Sequence record: PQ349265.1 | Direction: 5' to 3' (one strand) | Source of the DNA: Escherichia phage CJY920 | Length of the DNA: 64,000 nt | Shown here: positions 1 to 10,982 of the stretch, in pieces | How the letters are laid out: each line of letters starts with the position of its first letter | How positions within the stretch are numbered: the stretch's first letter is position 1 | Made by a program: the position numbers and the translations under genes | The notes under the pieces: model-generated | The model's database searches: none | Seen by the model: the letters and a program-made list of their open reading frames with translations, nothing else | Told to the model about the DNA's origin: nothing

Positions 1-1
1 T

Positions 2-970
2 GGATTAACAATGGTGTCATCTTACATGCGTCAATATCCTGATGCAGTATGTTTGTTTTATGATAGTGAATTTGGTATTACTCCTGCTTATTTGCGGTCT
101 ATGGGAGTCGATCCAGAACGAGTAATTCATACTCCGGTTCAATCACTTGAGCAATTACGTATTGACATGGTTAATCAATTGGATGCAATTGAACGCGGCG
201 AAAAGGTAGTCGTTTTTATCGATTCACTTGGTAACTTAGCTTCTAAGAAAGAAACTGAAGATGCTTTAAATGAAAAAGTTGTTAGTGATATGACTAGAGC
301 TAAAACAATGAAAAGCTTATTTCGTATCGTAACTCCCTATTTTAGTACTAAAAATATTCCATGTATTGCTATTAACCATACATACGAAACACAAGAAATG
401 TTTAGTAAAACCGTTATGGGAGGCGGGACTGGACCGATGTATTCGGCTGATACGGTATTCATTATCGGTAAGCGCCAGATTAAAGATGGTTCTGATCTTC
501 AGGGGTATCAATTTGTTCTAAATGTAGAAAAATCTCGTACCGTCAAAGAAAAAAGTAAATTCTTTATTGATGTTAAATTTGACGGTGGCATCGATCCTTA
601 TTCTGGATTGTTAGATATGGCTCTTGAATTAGGATTTGTAGTAAAACCTAAAAACGGTTGGTATGCTCGTGAATTTCTTGACGAAGAAACCGGCGAGATG
701 ATTCGCGAAGAAAAATCTTGGCGTGCAAAAGATACCAATTGCACTACATTCTGGGGTCCTTTATTTAAGCATCAACCATTCCGAGATGCTATTAAACGTG
801 CTTATCAGTTAGGTGCTATTGATAGTAATGAAATTGTTGAAGCTGAAGTTGATGAATTGATTAACTCAAAGGTTGAAAAATTTAAATCTCCAGAAAGTAA
901 AAGTAAATCAGCAGCTGATTTAGAAACTGACCTAGATCAGTTAAGTGATATGGAAGAATTTAATGAATAA
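2..970 (+). CDS. uvsX: UvsX recombinase (RecA-like), C-terminal ~322 aa; 5' end lies upstream of the window
   Basis: Open frame runs to window edge; translation matches T4 UvsX C-terminal region from memory; followed by genes 40 and 41 as in T4. Confidence 0.9.
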   Translation, partial: GLTMVSSYMRQYPDAVCLFYDSEFGITPAYLRSMGVDPERVIHTPVQSLEQLRIDMVNQLDAIERGEKVVVFIDSLGNLASKKETEDALNEKVVSDMTRAKTMKSLFRIVTPYFSTKNIPCIAINHTYETQEMFSKTVMGGGTGPMYSADTVFIIGKRQIKDGSDLQGYQFVLNVEKSRTVKEKSKFFIDVKFDGGIDPYSGLLDMALELGFVVKPKNGWYAREFLDEETGEMIREEKSWRAKDTNCTTFWGPLFKHQPFRDAIKRAYQLGAIDSNEIVEAEVDELINSKVEKFKSPESKSKSAADLETDLDQLSDMEEFNE

Positions 971-1307
971 AGATGATTTAGATTTAGATCTAGAAATTAT
1001 CGATGAATCCCCCTCTTCGGAGGGGGAAGAAGAAAGAAAAGAACGTCTTTTTAATGAATCTCTTAAGATAATTAAATCTGCCATGGAAAATGTTATCCAG
1101 GAGATTGTCATTAAACTAGAAGATGGTTCTACACATATAGTGTATGTAACTAAACTGGATTGGGTTGATGGAAAGGTTGTAATGGACTTTGCTGTTCTTG
1201 ACCAAGAAAGAAAAGCTGAGTTAGCTCCTCATGTAGAAAAATGTATTACAATGCAACTACAAGATGCATTTAATAAAAGGTCAAAGAAAAAATTTAAATT
1301 CTTTTAA
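963..1307 (+). CDS. 40: gp40 head/prohead assembly protein (114 aa)
   Basis: Position between uvsX and 41; length matches T4 gp40; ATG at 963 overlaps uvsX stop. Confidence 0.6.
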   Translation: MNKDDLDLDLEIIDESPSSEGEEERKERLFNESLKIIKSAMENVIQEIVIKLEDGSTHIVYVTKLDWVDGKVVMDFAVLDQERKAELAPHVEKCITMQLQDAFNKRSKKKFKFF

Positions 1308-1316
1308 GGAGTAAGT

Positions 1317-2744
1317 GTGGTAGAAATTATTCTTTCTCATCTCATATTTGATCAAGCTTATTTTTCAAAAGTTTGGCCATATATGGATTCAGAATATTTT
1401 GAAAGTGGTCCAGCTAAAAATACATTCAAATTAATTAAATCTCATGTTAATGAGTACCATAGCGTTCCATCTATTAATGCGTTAAATGTTGCATTAGAAA
1501 ATAGTTCATTTACTGAAACAGAATATTCTGGTGTAAAAACACTTATTTCAAAACTAACCGATTCTCCGGAAGACCACAGCTGGTTAGTAAAAGAAACAGA
1601 AAAATATGTTCAGCAAAGGGCGATGTTTAACGCCACATCTAAAATAATTGAAATTCAAACCAATGCTGAGCTTCCTCCAGAAAAACGAAATAAGAAAATG
1701 CCGGATGTAGGTGCTATTCCTGACATTATGCGCCAAGCATTATCAATTTCATTTGATAGCTACGTTGGCCATGATTGGATGGATGACTATGAAGCACGTT
1801 GGCTATCTTATATGAATAAAGCTCGTAAGGTTCCATTTAAACTCAAAATTCTAAATAAAATTACTAAAGGCGGAGCTGAAACTGGAACACTGAATGTTTT
1901 AATGGCTGGTGTTAACGTCGGTAAGTCATTAGGTCTGTGTTCATTGGCAGCAGATTATTTGCAGCTCGGACATAATGTTCTTTACATTTCCATGGAAATG
2001 GCAGAAGAAGTCTGTGCTAAACGTATTGATGCTAATATGCTTGACGTTTCTCTTGATGACATTGATGATGGGCATATTTCTTACGCTGAGTATAAAGGAA
2101 AAATGGAAAAATGGCGTGAGAAATCTACTCTTGGCCGTTTAATCGTTAAACAGTATCCTACTGGTGGAGCAGACGCTAATACATTTCGATCGCTTTTAAA
2201 CGAATTAAAGCTCAAGAAGAATTTTGTTCCAACAATCATTATTGTCGACTATCTAGGTATTTGTAAATCTTGTCGCATCAGAGTTTACTCAGAAAATAGT
2301 TACACAACTGTTAAAGCTATCGCAGAGGAATTGCGTGCTCTTGCTGTTGAAACCGAAACTGTTCTTTGGACTGCAGCACAGGTTGGTAAGCAAGCTTGGG
2401 ATTCTTCTGATGTTAACATGAGCGATATTGCAGAATCTGCCGGTCTTCCAGCAACAGCCGATTTTATGCTTGCGGTCATTGAAACTGAGGAGTTAGCAGC
2501 TGCTGAACAACAACTTATTAAGCAAATCAAATCACGATATGGTGATAAGAATAAATGGAATAAGTTTTTGATGGGTGTTCAAAAAGGAAATCAGAAATGG
2601 GTAGAAATTGAACAAGATTCTACTCCAACTGAAGTTAACGAAGTAGCAGGTTCGCAACAGATACAAGCTGAGCAGAATCGCTATCAAAGAAATGAATCTA
2701 CTCGAGCCCAGTTAGATGCTTTAGCAAATGAATTAAAATTTTAG
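1317..2744 (+). CDS. 41: gp41 replicative DNA helicase (DnaB family), 475 aa
   Basis: Walker A 'GVNVGKS', DnaB-like motifs, GTG start, length 475 aa as T4 gp41. Confidence 0.93.
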   Translation: MVEIILSHLIFDQAYFSKVWPYMDSEYFESGPAKNTFKLIKSHVNEYHSVPSINALNVALENSSFTETEYSGVKTLISKLTDSPEDHSWLVKETEKYVQQRAMFNATSKIIEIQTNAELPPEKRNKKMPDVGAIPDIMRQALSISFDSYVGHDWMDDYEARWLSYMNKARKVPFKLKILNKITKGGAETGTLNVLMAGVNVGKSLGLCSLAADYLQLGHNVLYISMEMAEEVCAKRIDANMLDVSLDDIDDGHISYAEYKGKMEKWREKSTLGRLIVKQYPTGGADANTFRSLLNELKLKKNFVPTIIIVDYLGICKSCRIRVYSENSYTTVKAIAEELRALAVETETVLWTAAQVGKQAWDSSDVNMSDIAESAGLPATADFMLAVIETEELAAAEQQLIKQIKSRYGDKNKWNKFLMGVQKGNQKWVEIEQDSTPTEVNEVAGSQQIQAEQNRYQRNESTRAQLDALANELKF

Positions 2745-2773
2745 TTTACAAGCTGACAGGACTATGGTATAGT
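2744..2773 (+). promoter_or_regulatory. early promoter (GTTTAC -35, TATAGT-like -10)
   Basis: gtttacaagctgacaggactatggtatagt; T4 early-promoter consensus. Confidence 0.5.
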
Positions 2774-2802
2774 AGTCTTGTTGGTTAAATGAGGAGATTG
2801 TT

Positions 2803-2985
2803 ATGGAATTGGTAAAGGTAGTTTTTATGGGGTGGTTTAAGAATGAAAGCATGTTTACTAAAGAAATCACAATGATGAAAGACGACGTTCAATGGGCTAC
2901 TACTCAATATGCTGAAGTTAATAAAGCATTAGTTAAAGCTTTCATTGATGACAAGAAAGTATGCGAAGTGGATTGCCGAGGATAA
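2803..2985 (+). CDS. dmd: 60-aa protein at the position of T4 gene 61.5 (Dmd-like)
   Basis: Synteny (immediately downstream of 41) and length 60 aa; sequence identity to Dmd not verifiable here. Confidence 0.4.
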   Translation: MELVKVVFMGWFKNESMFTKEITMMKDDVQWATTQYAEVNKALVKAFIDDKKVCEVDCRG

Positions 2986-2986
2986 T

Positions 2987-3229
2987 ATGCATATTGTTTT
3001 ATTTAAACCTACTCCGTATAATGTCAGGAAAAATACTCAATTCAAAGCACTTATTGCAGATACGTGGGAATTGGTGTTAGATATTCCAGCAGAAGAAAGT
3101 CCTCCATTTGGTCGAGTGGAATTTATTAAGTTTGCTGTGCGCCCTACGAAGCGACAGATTCGCCAATGCAAAAGATACTTTCGTAAAATAGTCAAGTTAG
3201 AGAAACAGTTATTGATGCTAGTAAAATAG
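2987..3229 (+). CDS. hypothetical protein (61.4 position)
   Basis: ORF with ATG directly after previous stop; basic C-terminus. Confidence 0.4.
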   Translation: MHIVLFKPTPYNVRKNTQFKALIADTWELVLDIPAEESPPFGRVEFIKFAVRPTKRQIRQCKRYFRKIVKLEKQLLMLVK

Positions 3230-3231
3230 TA

Positions 3232-3262
3232 GTTTACAAGCTGATAGAGTTGTGTTATAGTA
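3232..3262 (+). promoter_or_regulatory. early promoter
   Basis: gtttacaagctgatagagttgtgttatagt. Confidence 0.45.
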
Positions 3263-3292
3263 ATTCTATCAGCTAATCGCGGAGAAAAGAAA

Positions 3293-3547
3293 ATGATGCT
3301 AGTTAATAGAGAATATCAGTTTAAATCAGAAGAAGATTTGGAAAAATTCGCAAGTGGTTGTGAACTGAATAGACGCACAGCTAAAGTCATAGGATTAAAA
3401 CCCTTTACAGTTCTAGATTGTGAAGTTTCTAAATTCCGCAGAGGGTGTTCTATTAGCGGTCATGCTCTGGTTGATGGGAACACATTTTTCTTTGTTTTTA
3501 GCGTCAGAGAACTTTTATTGATTAACGAACTTGAGGAAATAAAATAG
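3293..3547 (+). CDS. hypothetical protein
   Basis: 84-aa ORF between promoter and next promoter. Confidence 0.4.
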   Translation: MMLVNREYQFKSEEDLEKFASGCELNRRTAKVIGLKPFTVLDCEVSKFRRGCSISGHALVDGNTFFFVFSVRELLLINELEEIK

Positions 3548-3578
3548 TTTACTTTTGTTAGAAATTGAGATACTATAT
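3547..3578 (+). promoter_or_regulatory. early promoter
   Basis: gtttacttttgttagaaattgagatactatataa. Confidence 0.45.
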
Positions 3579-3604
3579 AAACATAAACTACTGAGGAGAT
3601 TATC

Positions 3605-3898
3605 ATGAAAAAATTTGTTTTTGCTGCAATTTTTGCTTTAGCTTCTTGCGCTGCTCAGCCTGCTATGGCAGGTTATGATAAAGATTTGTGCGAATGGTCT
3701 ATGACTGCAGATCAGACTGAGGTTGAAACTCAGATTGAAGCAGATATTATGAATATCGTTGAGCGTGATCGCCCTGAAATGAAAGCTGAAGTACAAAAAC
3801 AGCTTAAGTCTGGTGGTGTAATGCAGTATAATTATGTTCTGTATTGCGATAAAAACTTCAATAATAAAAATATCATCGCTGAAGTGGTAGGTGAATAA
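3605..3898 (+). CDS. sp: Spackle-like periplasmic protein, 97 aa, with signal peptide
   Basis: N-terminal signal peptide MKKFVFAAIFALASCAAQPAMA; length and position as T4 sp (61.3). Confidence 0.55.
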   Translation: MKKFVFAAIFALASCAAQPAMAGYDKDLCEWSMTADQTEVETQIEADIMNIVERDRPEMKAEVQKQLKSGGVMQYNYVLYCDKNFNNKNIIAEVVGE

Positions 3899-4524
3899 TG
3901 CTTTATCAAATGCACAAGTGCAAAGACACGTACAAATATAAAGGTGCCCAGTGTTATATCATTAATCGTGAAAACGCAGGTCCAGGTCATTCGCATCAAT
4001 CAAGATTTGTATTTGTTAAAAATAATGAAATTATAGCAGTTGCTAATTACGTGCTTGTGACTAGTGATGTTAATCCGGTGCCTTTTACATATTATAATCT
4101 AATGGACTTGGCGTACGATTATAATTGGTTTAATCGTGACACTTTGGCTCATATCGAAGGCGTAGGATTTGACATCTCTTACTCTAGTTACTCGTTGTGT
4201 CCTATGAGCCGAGCTCATAAAGAGCCTGAATATTTTTCATTTCGGCGGCGCGTAGACTTTAAACGCAGCACAGAGTATATTGGTGGAATCTTTGTTAAAG
4301 ATAATCGAATTACTCGCATTATTTATCCTTTGGGTTGTGGTCAAAAAGATATTGATGTTGATTTAGACTTTACTGAAAACATCATTAATCATATTGCTTC
4401 TGTGTATTTTGATATTGATCACAAAATTGTAATATGCGGATATGAATTACCATCGGAAAAACAGTTTAAAGTAAAAGTTTCTATTGATGACCAAATTTTT
4501 AATGCTTTTATGAATAGAGGTTAA
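3898..4524 (+). CDS. hypothetical protein, 208 aa (61.2 position)
   Basis: ORF with overlapping stop/start to sp. Confidence 0.5.
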   Translation: MLYQMHKCKDTYKYKGAQCYIINRENAGPGHSHQSRFVFVKNNEIIAVANYVLVTSDVNPVPFTYYNLMDLAYDYNWFNRDTLAHIEGVGFDISYSSYSLCPMSRAHKEPEYFSFRRRVDFKRSTEYIGGIFVKDNRITRIIYPLGCGQKDIDVDLDFTENIINHIASVYFDIDHKIVICGYELPSEKQFKVKVSIDDQIFNAFMNRG

Positions 4525-4525
4525 T

Positions 4526-4690
4526 ATGAAAACATATAAAGAATTTATTAAAGAAGATATGGTAGCTGGAGATTCAGGTGGTAATCCTGAAAATATCTCT
4601 ACTGGAACAACGTCAGGCGCTGTAGTAAATAAAGGTCCTGAACAGATTCCTAAAAAGAAAAAAGAGGAATCTAAAGAAAAAGAAGAGTAA
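4526..4690 (+). CDS. small K/E-rich protein, 54 aa (61.1 position)
   Basis: ATG 2 nt after previous stop; not in supplied ORF table (<60 aa). Confidence 0.3.
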   Translation: MKTYKEFIKEDMVAGDSGGNPENISTGTTSGAVVNKGPEQIPKKKKEESKEKEE

Positions 4691-4692
4691 AA

Positions 4693-5721
4693 ATGTCATC
4701 AATACCTTGGATTGATAATGAGTTTGCATATCGTGCGCTAGCTCATTTACCTAAATTCGCACAAGTAAATAATAGTTCAACTTTTAAATTACGGTTTAGA
4801 TGTCCTGTTTGTGGAGATTCAAAAACCGACCAAAATAAAGCCCGTGGATGGTATTATGGTGATAATAATGAAGGAAATATTCATTGTTATAACTGTAACT
4901 ATCATGCACCAATCGGAATATATTTAAAGGAGTTTGAACCTGATTTATATCGTGAGTATATCTTTGAAATAAGAAAAGAAAAAGGTAAAAGTCGTCCAGT
5001 AGAAAAACCTAAAGAACTTCCTAAACAACCCGAGAAGAAAATAATTAAATCTCTTCCGTCATGCATTAGATTAGATAAACTGACGGAAGACCATCCAATT
5101 ATAAAATACGTAAAAGCTCGTTGTATTCCAAAGGATAAATGGAAATATCTTTGGTTTACAACCGAATGGCCTAAATTAGTTAATAGTATAGCACCAGGAA
5201 CATATAAAAAGGAAATACCTGAGCCTCGTCTTGTTATTCCAATTTATAATGCTAATGGAAAAGCTGAGTCTTTTCAAGGACGTGCATTAAAGAAAGATGC
5301 TCCTCAAAAATATATCACCATCAAAGCTTATCCTGAGGCAACAAAAATCTATGGAGTCGAACGGGTTAAAGATGGCGATGTATATGTTCTAGAAGGACCT
5401 ATAGATTCACTTTTTATTGAAAATGGTATAGCTATTACAGGTGGTCAATTAGACCTAGAAATTGTTCCATTTAAAGATAGACGCGTGTGGGTTTTAGATA
5501 ATGAACCTCGTCACCCTGACACTATTAAACGAATGACTAAATTAGTTGATGCAGGAGAAAGGGTTATGTTTTGGGACAAATCTCCCTGGAAATCAAAAGA
5601 TGTCAATGATATGATTAGAAAGGAAGGTGCAACCCCTGAACAAATTATGGAATATATGAAAAATAATATTGCCCAAGGGCTGATGGCTAAAATGCGGCTA
5701 TCTAAATATGCTAAGATTTAA
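4693..5721 (+). CDS. 61: gp61 DNA primase, 342 aa
   Basis: N-terminal Zn-ribbon CPVCGDS...CYNC, Toprim-like core; length as T4 gp61. Confidence 0.93.
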   Translation: MSSIPWIDNEFAYRALAHLPKFAQVNNSSTFKLRFRCPVCGDSKTDQNKARGWYYGDNNEGNIHCYNCNYHAPIGIYLKEFEPDLYREYIFEIRKEKGKSRPVEKPKELPKQPEKKIIKSLPSCIRLDKLTEDHPIIKYVKARCIPKDKWKYLWFTTEWPKLVNSIAPGTYKKEIPEPRLVIPIYNANGKAESFQGRALKKDAPQKYITIKAYPEATKIYGVERVKDGDVYVLEGPIDSLFIENGIAITGGQLDLEIVPFKDRRVWVLDNEPRHPDTIKRMTKLVDAGERVMFWDKSPWKSKDVNDMIRKEGATPEQIMEYMKNNIAQGLMAKMRLSKYAKI

Positions 5722-5918
5722 ATTAACCCAACCAAAGCAAATGTTAAATCTACGAATGTATCAAGAGTAATTACTGGAATACTAACGCCATGAGCAATAG
5801 CAACTGGCGATAAAACAAAATTCCAAAGTAAAATTCCTATCATAGCAGAAATAGTAAAAGCTATACGTTTTTTATTACCTTTGATGGCATTAACAAGTGC
5901 CATTAATTTTTGTACCAT
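5718..5918 (-). CDS. small hydrophobic (membrane) protein, 66 aa, on the opposite strand
   Basis: Strong SD (GGAGGA) 6-8 nt upstream of ATG on - strand; TM-like hydrophobic segments. Confidence 0.35.
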   Translation of the reverse strand: MVQKLMALVNAIKGNKKRIAFTISAMIGILLWNFVLSPVAIAHGVSIPVITLDTFVDLTFALVGLI

Positions 5919-5967
5919 GCGTCGTCCTCCTCTAAATTAAATATTTATCGCAAATTTTACAAAATTT

Positions 5968-5999
5968 GTTTACTTTCTCAGCTTGCTGTGGTATTATAA
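5968..5999 (+). promoter_or_regulatory. early promoter
   Basis: gtttactttctcagcttgctgtggtattataa. Confidence 0.5.
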
Positions 6000-6022
6000 A
6001 ATAAACTGCTGAGGATAATATA

Positions 6023-7362
<1,340 letters not shown>

Positions 7363-7423
7363 TTGCTTTATATTTAAATGATACAATTAATCTACTAATC
7401 CATGAATTGAAAGGAAAAATAAC

Positions 7424-7939
7424 ATGCCACATTTCAACGAATGTAGTCATCTGATCGAAGGCGCTGATAAAGCTCAAAATGAATACTGGGATATTCTCGG
7501 TGATGAAAAAGACCCGCTGCAGGTTATGCTTGATATGCAGAAATCTTTACAGGTTCGTTTAGCAAATGACCGCGAATACTGCTATCATCCAGATAAATTA
7601 GAAACTGCCGGTGATGTTGTTTCTTGGATGCGTGAACAAAAAGACTGCATTGACGATGAATTCCGCGAACTTCTGACTTCTCTTGGTGAAATGTCACGTG
7701 GTGAAAAAGATGCATCGGCAGTTTGGAAAAAATGGAAAGCACGTTATATTGAAGCGCAAGAAAAACGCATTGATGAAATGTCCCCAGAAGATCAGCTCGA
7801 AATTAAATTTGAGCTTGTGGATATATTTCATTTCGTATTAAATATGTTTGCTGGCCTTGGAATGAATGCGGAAGAAATCTTTAAACTTTATTATCTGAAA
7901 AACAAACATAATTTTGAACGTCAAGATAATGGATATTAA
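7424..7939 (+). CDS. 56: gp56 dCTPase/dUTPase (dCTP pyrophosphatase), 171 aa
   Basis: MazG-like NTP pyrophosphatase fold; matches T4 gp56 length/sequence from memory. Confidence 0.9.
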   Translation: MPHFNECSHLIEGADKAQNEYWDILGDEKDPLQVMLDMQKSLQVRLANDREYCYHPDKLETAGDVVSWMREQKDCIDDEFRELLTSLGEMSRGEKDASAVWKKWKARYIEAQEKRIDEMSPEDQLEIKFELVDIFHFVLNMFAGLGMNAEEIFKLYYLKNKHNFERQDNGY

Positions 7940-8765
7940 TTTCAAATCTGCTCTTAAAGAAAAGTTCCCGCAATGGGAACTTTTAGATGAGTACTTAAAA
8001 ATTATAGATAAGTATAAGTTAAACACTCACATTAAATCTAAAACAGAAGCCCATCATATACTTCCTAAATGCGCATTTCCTGAGTATAGTGATTTTAAAA
8101 TATATCCTTGGAATAGAGTATATCTCCCAATATATCAACACATATATGTTCACTATCTCTTATGTTCAACTGGAAGATTTGGATTGCTGAATGCATTCCA
8201 GAGAATGACCTCAGTAAATAGCTCGCAATTTAAGAAGCTTTCTGACTTAGAGAAAGACTTTACTATTAAGTTATGGGCTGATAAACGTGAGCAATGGATA
8301 AACCAAGATACTCTTCGCAAAAGAAAATCTTTCATGTATTCCAACTTTGATTTTTGGTATAATGACTGGATTTCAAGGGATATGCCTCGTTACCGAAGAT
8401 ATTGGGGAATTTTAGTTGAAGAAAATAATCCAGAAATTTTAGGTACTCACAAAAATTGCCTAATAGCTGTAGTAAAAGATTTTTGCATAAGGTATTCAAA
8501 GGAAAATAATTTATCTATAGAAGAAGTTTTAAATATTCAAAAATTAAAACAATCATCCGAAAAAGCTTTAAAAGCTAAAGGAAAAACTTTAAGCAAAACT
8601 GCACGCAGAAATCAACTTAAATGGAATTATGAAAAAGAGCTTAGAGAATTATGGATTAATAACAACAAACCTAAATATGTCAATTTTAGAAAGTTAGCAG
8701 TTAGTCTAGGTTATCCCGATGAAAACTATATAAATATGATAAAGAGGTTTGAAAATGGTTTATAA
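7929..8765 (+). CDS. freestanding HNH-type homing endonuclease (Mob-like)
   Basis: Motif EAHHILPK ... N ... HIYVHY; overlaps gene 56 stop; occupies the 56-soc intergenic hotspot. Confidence 0.65.
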   Translation: MDINFKSALKEKFPQWELLDEYLKIIDKYKLNTHIKSKTEAHHILPKCAFPEYSDFKIYPWNRVYLPIYQHIYVHYLLCSTGRFGLLNAFQRMTSVNSSQFKKLSDLEKDFTIKLWADKREQWINQDTLRKRKSFMYSNFDFWYNDWISRDMPRYRRYWGILVEENNPEILGTHKNCLIAVVKDFCIRYSKENNLSIEEVLNIQKLKQSSEKALKAKGKTLSKTARRNQLKWNYEKELRELWINNNKPKYVNFRKLAVSLGYPDENYINMIKRFENGL

Positions 8766-8768
8766 ATA
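8761..8768 (+). promoter_or_regulatory. late promoter TATAAATA (soc)
   Basis: Exact TATAAATA ~30 nt upstream of soc ATG. Confidence 0.5.
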
Positions 8769-8799
8769 CACTTGTAATTAAACAATAAAGGAGTTTATT

Positions 8800-9036
8800 A
8801 TGGGTGGTTTCGTTAACATCAAGACCTTTACTCATCCAGCGGGTGAAGGCAAAGAAGTTAAAGGTATGGAAGTTTCTGTTCCATTTGAAATCTATTCTAA
8901 CGAGCATCGTATTGCAGATTCTCATTATCAGACCTTTCCTTCTGAAAAGGCGGCATATTCTACTGTAGTTTCTGATGCAGCTGACTGGAAAACTAAGAAT
9001 GCTGCAATGTTTACGCCTACACAAATAGGTGGTTAA
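8800..9036 (+). CDS. soc: Soc small outer capsid protein
   Basis: Translation (VNIKTF...HYQTFPSEKAAYSTV) matches T4 Soc from memory. Confidence 0.85.
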   Translation: MGGFVNIKTFTHPAGEGKEVKGMEVSVPFEIYSNEHRIADSHYQTFPSEKAAYSTVVSDAADWKTKNAAMFTPTQIGG

Positions 9037-9043
9037 TAATTCA

Positions 9044-9068
9044 AGGACTCCCGAAGGAGTCCTTTTTT
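9044..9068 (+). terminator. rho-independent terminator
   Basis: aggactcccgaaggagtcct hairpin followed by TTTTTT. Confidence 0.7.
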
Positions 9069-9078
9069 CATTTTACTG

Positions 9079-9109
9079 GTTTACTTTCCAAAATGAGTAT
9101 GGTATAATA
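9079..9109 (+). promoter_or_regulatory. early promoter
   Basis: gtttactttccaaaatgagtatggtataat. Confidence 0.5.
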
Positions 9110-9134
9110 GAATTATCTTATAGAGGAGAGCGCT

Positions 9135-9341
9135 ATGTTAAATCGTTGGATTAAACCAAATGAAGATTTAGATATTATCATTTCACGACATGTAATGAAG
9201 AAATATGAACTACAGCCATGGTCTACAGAAGTTGTTGTGCATTCATTTATGATGTACGCAGATGGTTCTGTCGAATTTAACGCAGAGATTCGATATGATT
9301 ATGGTGAGAAGCAAGTTGAATTCAAGAGAGGCTTTTTGTAA
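9135..9341 (+). CDS. hypothetical protein
   Basis: 68-aa ORF downstream of early promoter. Confidence 0.4.
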   Translation: MLNRWIKPNEDLDIIISRHVMKKYELQPWSTEVVVHSFMMYADGSVEFNAEIRYDYGEKQVEFKRGFL

Positions 9342-9679
9342 TGTTTATCTTTAATTGGTTTAAAAATTTCTTTACGGATTTTTTCTCTACAACTCCTGGA
9401 GAAGGTGTAGTTCCTATTTCAAACGACTACCTTCCTTTAACTGTAGTTGAATATGTTTATATGGGAGATGGAACAGTAGAAGCAGTTACTATGACTTATG
9501 AAGAAGCCCAGGAATATTATAAAAATCCTTGGCGTTGGTCAACACCTACATCATCTAATGCGCAGAATACACAGTCTAGTTCTGATTCATATGACACTAA
9601 TGTTCCTGTTCATGTATGGGCGGGCGATTCATGTGGAAGTTCTTGTGATTCTAGTTGTTCATCTACATCTTGTGATTGA
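9341..9679 (+). CDS. hypothetical protein with Cys/Ser-rich C-terminal tail
   Basis: C-terminus [18 protein letters not shown]; stop/start overlap with neighbours. Confidence 0.45.
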   Translation: MFIFNWFKNFFTDFFSTTPGEGVVPISNDYLPLTVVEYVYMGDGTVEAVTMTYEEAQEYYKNPWRWSTPTSSNAQNTQSSSDSYDTNVPVHVWAGDSCGSSCDSSCSSTSCD

Positions 9680-9687
9680 GGAAAATT

Positions 9688-10173
9688 ATGGAAGCGATTT
9701 TGTTTGAAATGTATATTAGCAGTAATAGTATGTCGTTTGCTAAAGATGTTCCAATTACAGTAGCAGTAATGATTGATAAGGGTTATTGTGACCCAATGTA
9801 TCTCGTAGAAAATTTCGTTTCAATGCCAGTTCCAGAAGATGCTGAAATAAAACTTAAAAAGATTGGTATTATTGAAACTGTACCAAATATTCCGTTTAGA
9901 GCAATTGAAGCATTTACTAAATCCGAATACATTAATGTTAGCGCAGAACAATATAATGATAAGCCTTTATCTTTTTATTCGTACGATTCAGTATATAACT
10001 GGAAAATAGATAAAGGAAATAAATTTATAATTGCAAGTGAAGATGCTTTATCATACTTTATTTCTTCTGTATGGAATAGTTTACATCCAAATTTGCTAAA
10101 AATTCATGAATTTGATGATGCTCCTACTGTTGTTTTAGGTAAAACAAATGAAAGTTCTGAAGAAAATGCTTAA
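9688..10173 (+). CDS. hypothetical protein
   Basis: ATG with GAGGAAAA SD; 162 aa. Confidence 0.45.
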   Translation: MEAILFEMYISSNSMSFAKDVPITVAVMIDKGYCDPMYLVENFVSMPVPEDAEIKLKKIGIIETVPNIPFRAIEAFTKSEYINVSAEQYNDKPLSFYSYDSVYNWKIDKGNKFIIASEDALSYFISSVWNSLHPNLLKIHEFDDAPTVVLGKTNESSEENA

Positions 10174-10351
10174 ATGGTTCAATAGACCAAACTCAATGTA
10201 CATTGATGACGGTTGGGTTGAACAGGCAAATAAAGAAATGCAGAACGAATCAGAAGAATGGATGAAATCAATGATTAGTGCTGAGAAAGAAAAGAAATTA
10301 GAACGCTCAGCGCTTAAATTGATGAGAGACATCTACGGGGATAAATCATGA
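10166..10351 (+). CDS. hypothetical protein
   Basis: ORF in table frame 10148..10351; start assigned to internal ATG. Confidence 0.3.
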   Translation: MLKWFNRPNSMYIDDGWVEQANKEMQNESEEWMKSMISAEKEKKLERSALKLMRDIYGDKS

Positions 10352-10512
10352 ACAGAGATATGACGTTAGAAGAGGCCAAGGCTAAAGCAAATGAAGCATT
10401 GGATTTGCTTCTTAAAATTGGCAGTAAAATGATGGAAGAAAATGAGAAATATATCCAGGAAAACAAAATTCCTGACGGCCCATTAGTAGGCAAGAGGAAA
10501 TCGCATGATTGA
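10348..10512 (+). CDS. hypothetical protein, 54 aa
   Basis: ATG overlapping previous stop (ATGA); not in ORF table. Confidence 0.3.
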   Translation: MNRDMTLEEAKAKANEALDLLLKIGSKMMEENEKYIQENKIPDGPLVGKRKSHD

Positions 10513-10974
10513 AGTAGCAAAACATTATTCAATAGAATTTATGTCTAAAGAAGGTAAATCAGTAAATACACTTGATAAAAAGTGCTCATTAATTATTCCT
10601 TTAGCAGAAAATCCGGTATTTTAATTAAAGATATAAAAGAAAGAAAATATCCAGAAAATGTTATTCTAATTATAAAGCATACTGAAGATATTTTGCAGAA
10701 TACTGATTCACCATTTTCTTCTTCTGAAGATTTAACTATTAAAGGCTATAAAAGAGCTCATGAATATGGTCTTTTTGACCTGTTTGAAGACGATAAAGTT
10801 AAATTAGCGAGTCAACCTTTTAAAAGTAAAACATTCATTATTGAAGATATTAAAGATATAAATGCATTCGTTAAGATGGTCTGGGCTCATTTTGATGTTG
10901 GACTACGCTGGAGAATGTCCGAAGAAGAAAGAAAGATTATTGAAGCTAATCGTCAATTTGGTTTTTATCGCTAG
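10505..10974 (+). CDS. hypothetical protein apparently interrupted by a -1 frameshift near 10577-10582
   Basis: 39-codon ATG-initiated ORF (10505..10624) overlaps a 130-codon ORF lacking ATG/SD (10582..10974). Confidence 0.35.
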
Positions 10975-10982
10975 GAATTAAT

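Noticed and set aside
2300-2530. 76-aa ORF on the - strand inside gene 41
   Set aside because: Antisense to a well-supported helicase gene, Ala/Ser-rich low-complexity translation; spurious.
9498-9707. His-rich 69-aa ORF in an alternative frame
   Set aside because: Frame shadow of the Cys/Ser-rich C-terminus of ORF 9341..9679; no independent start signal.
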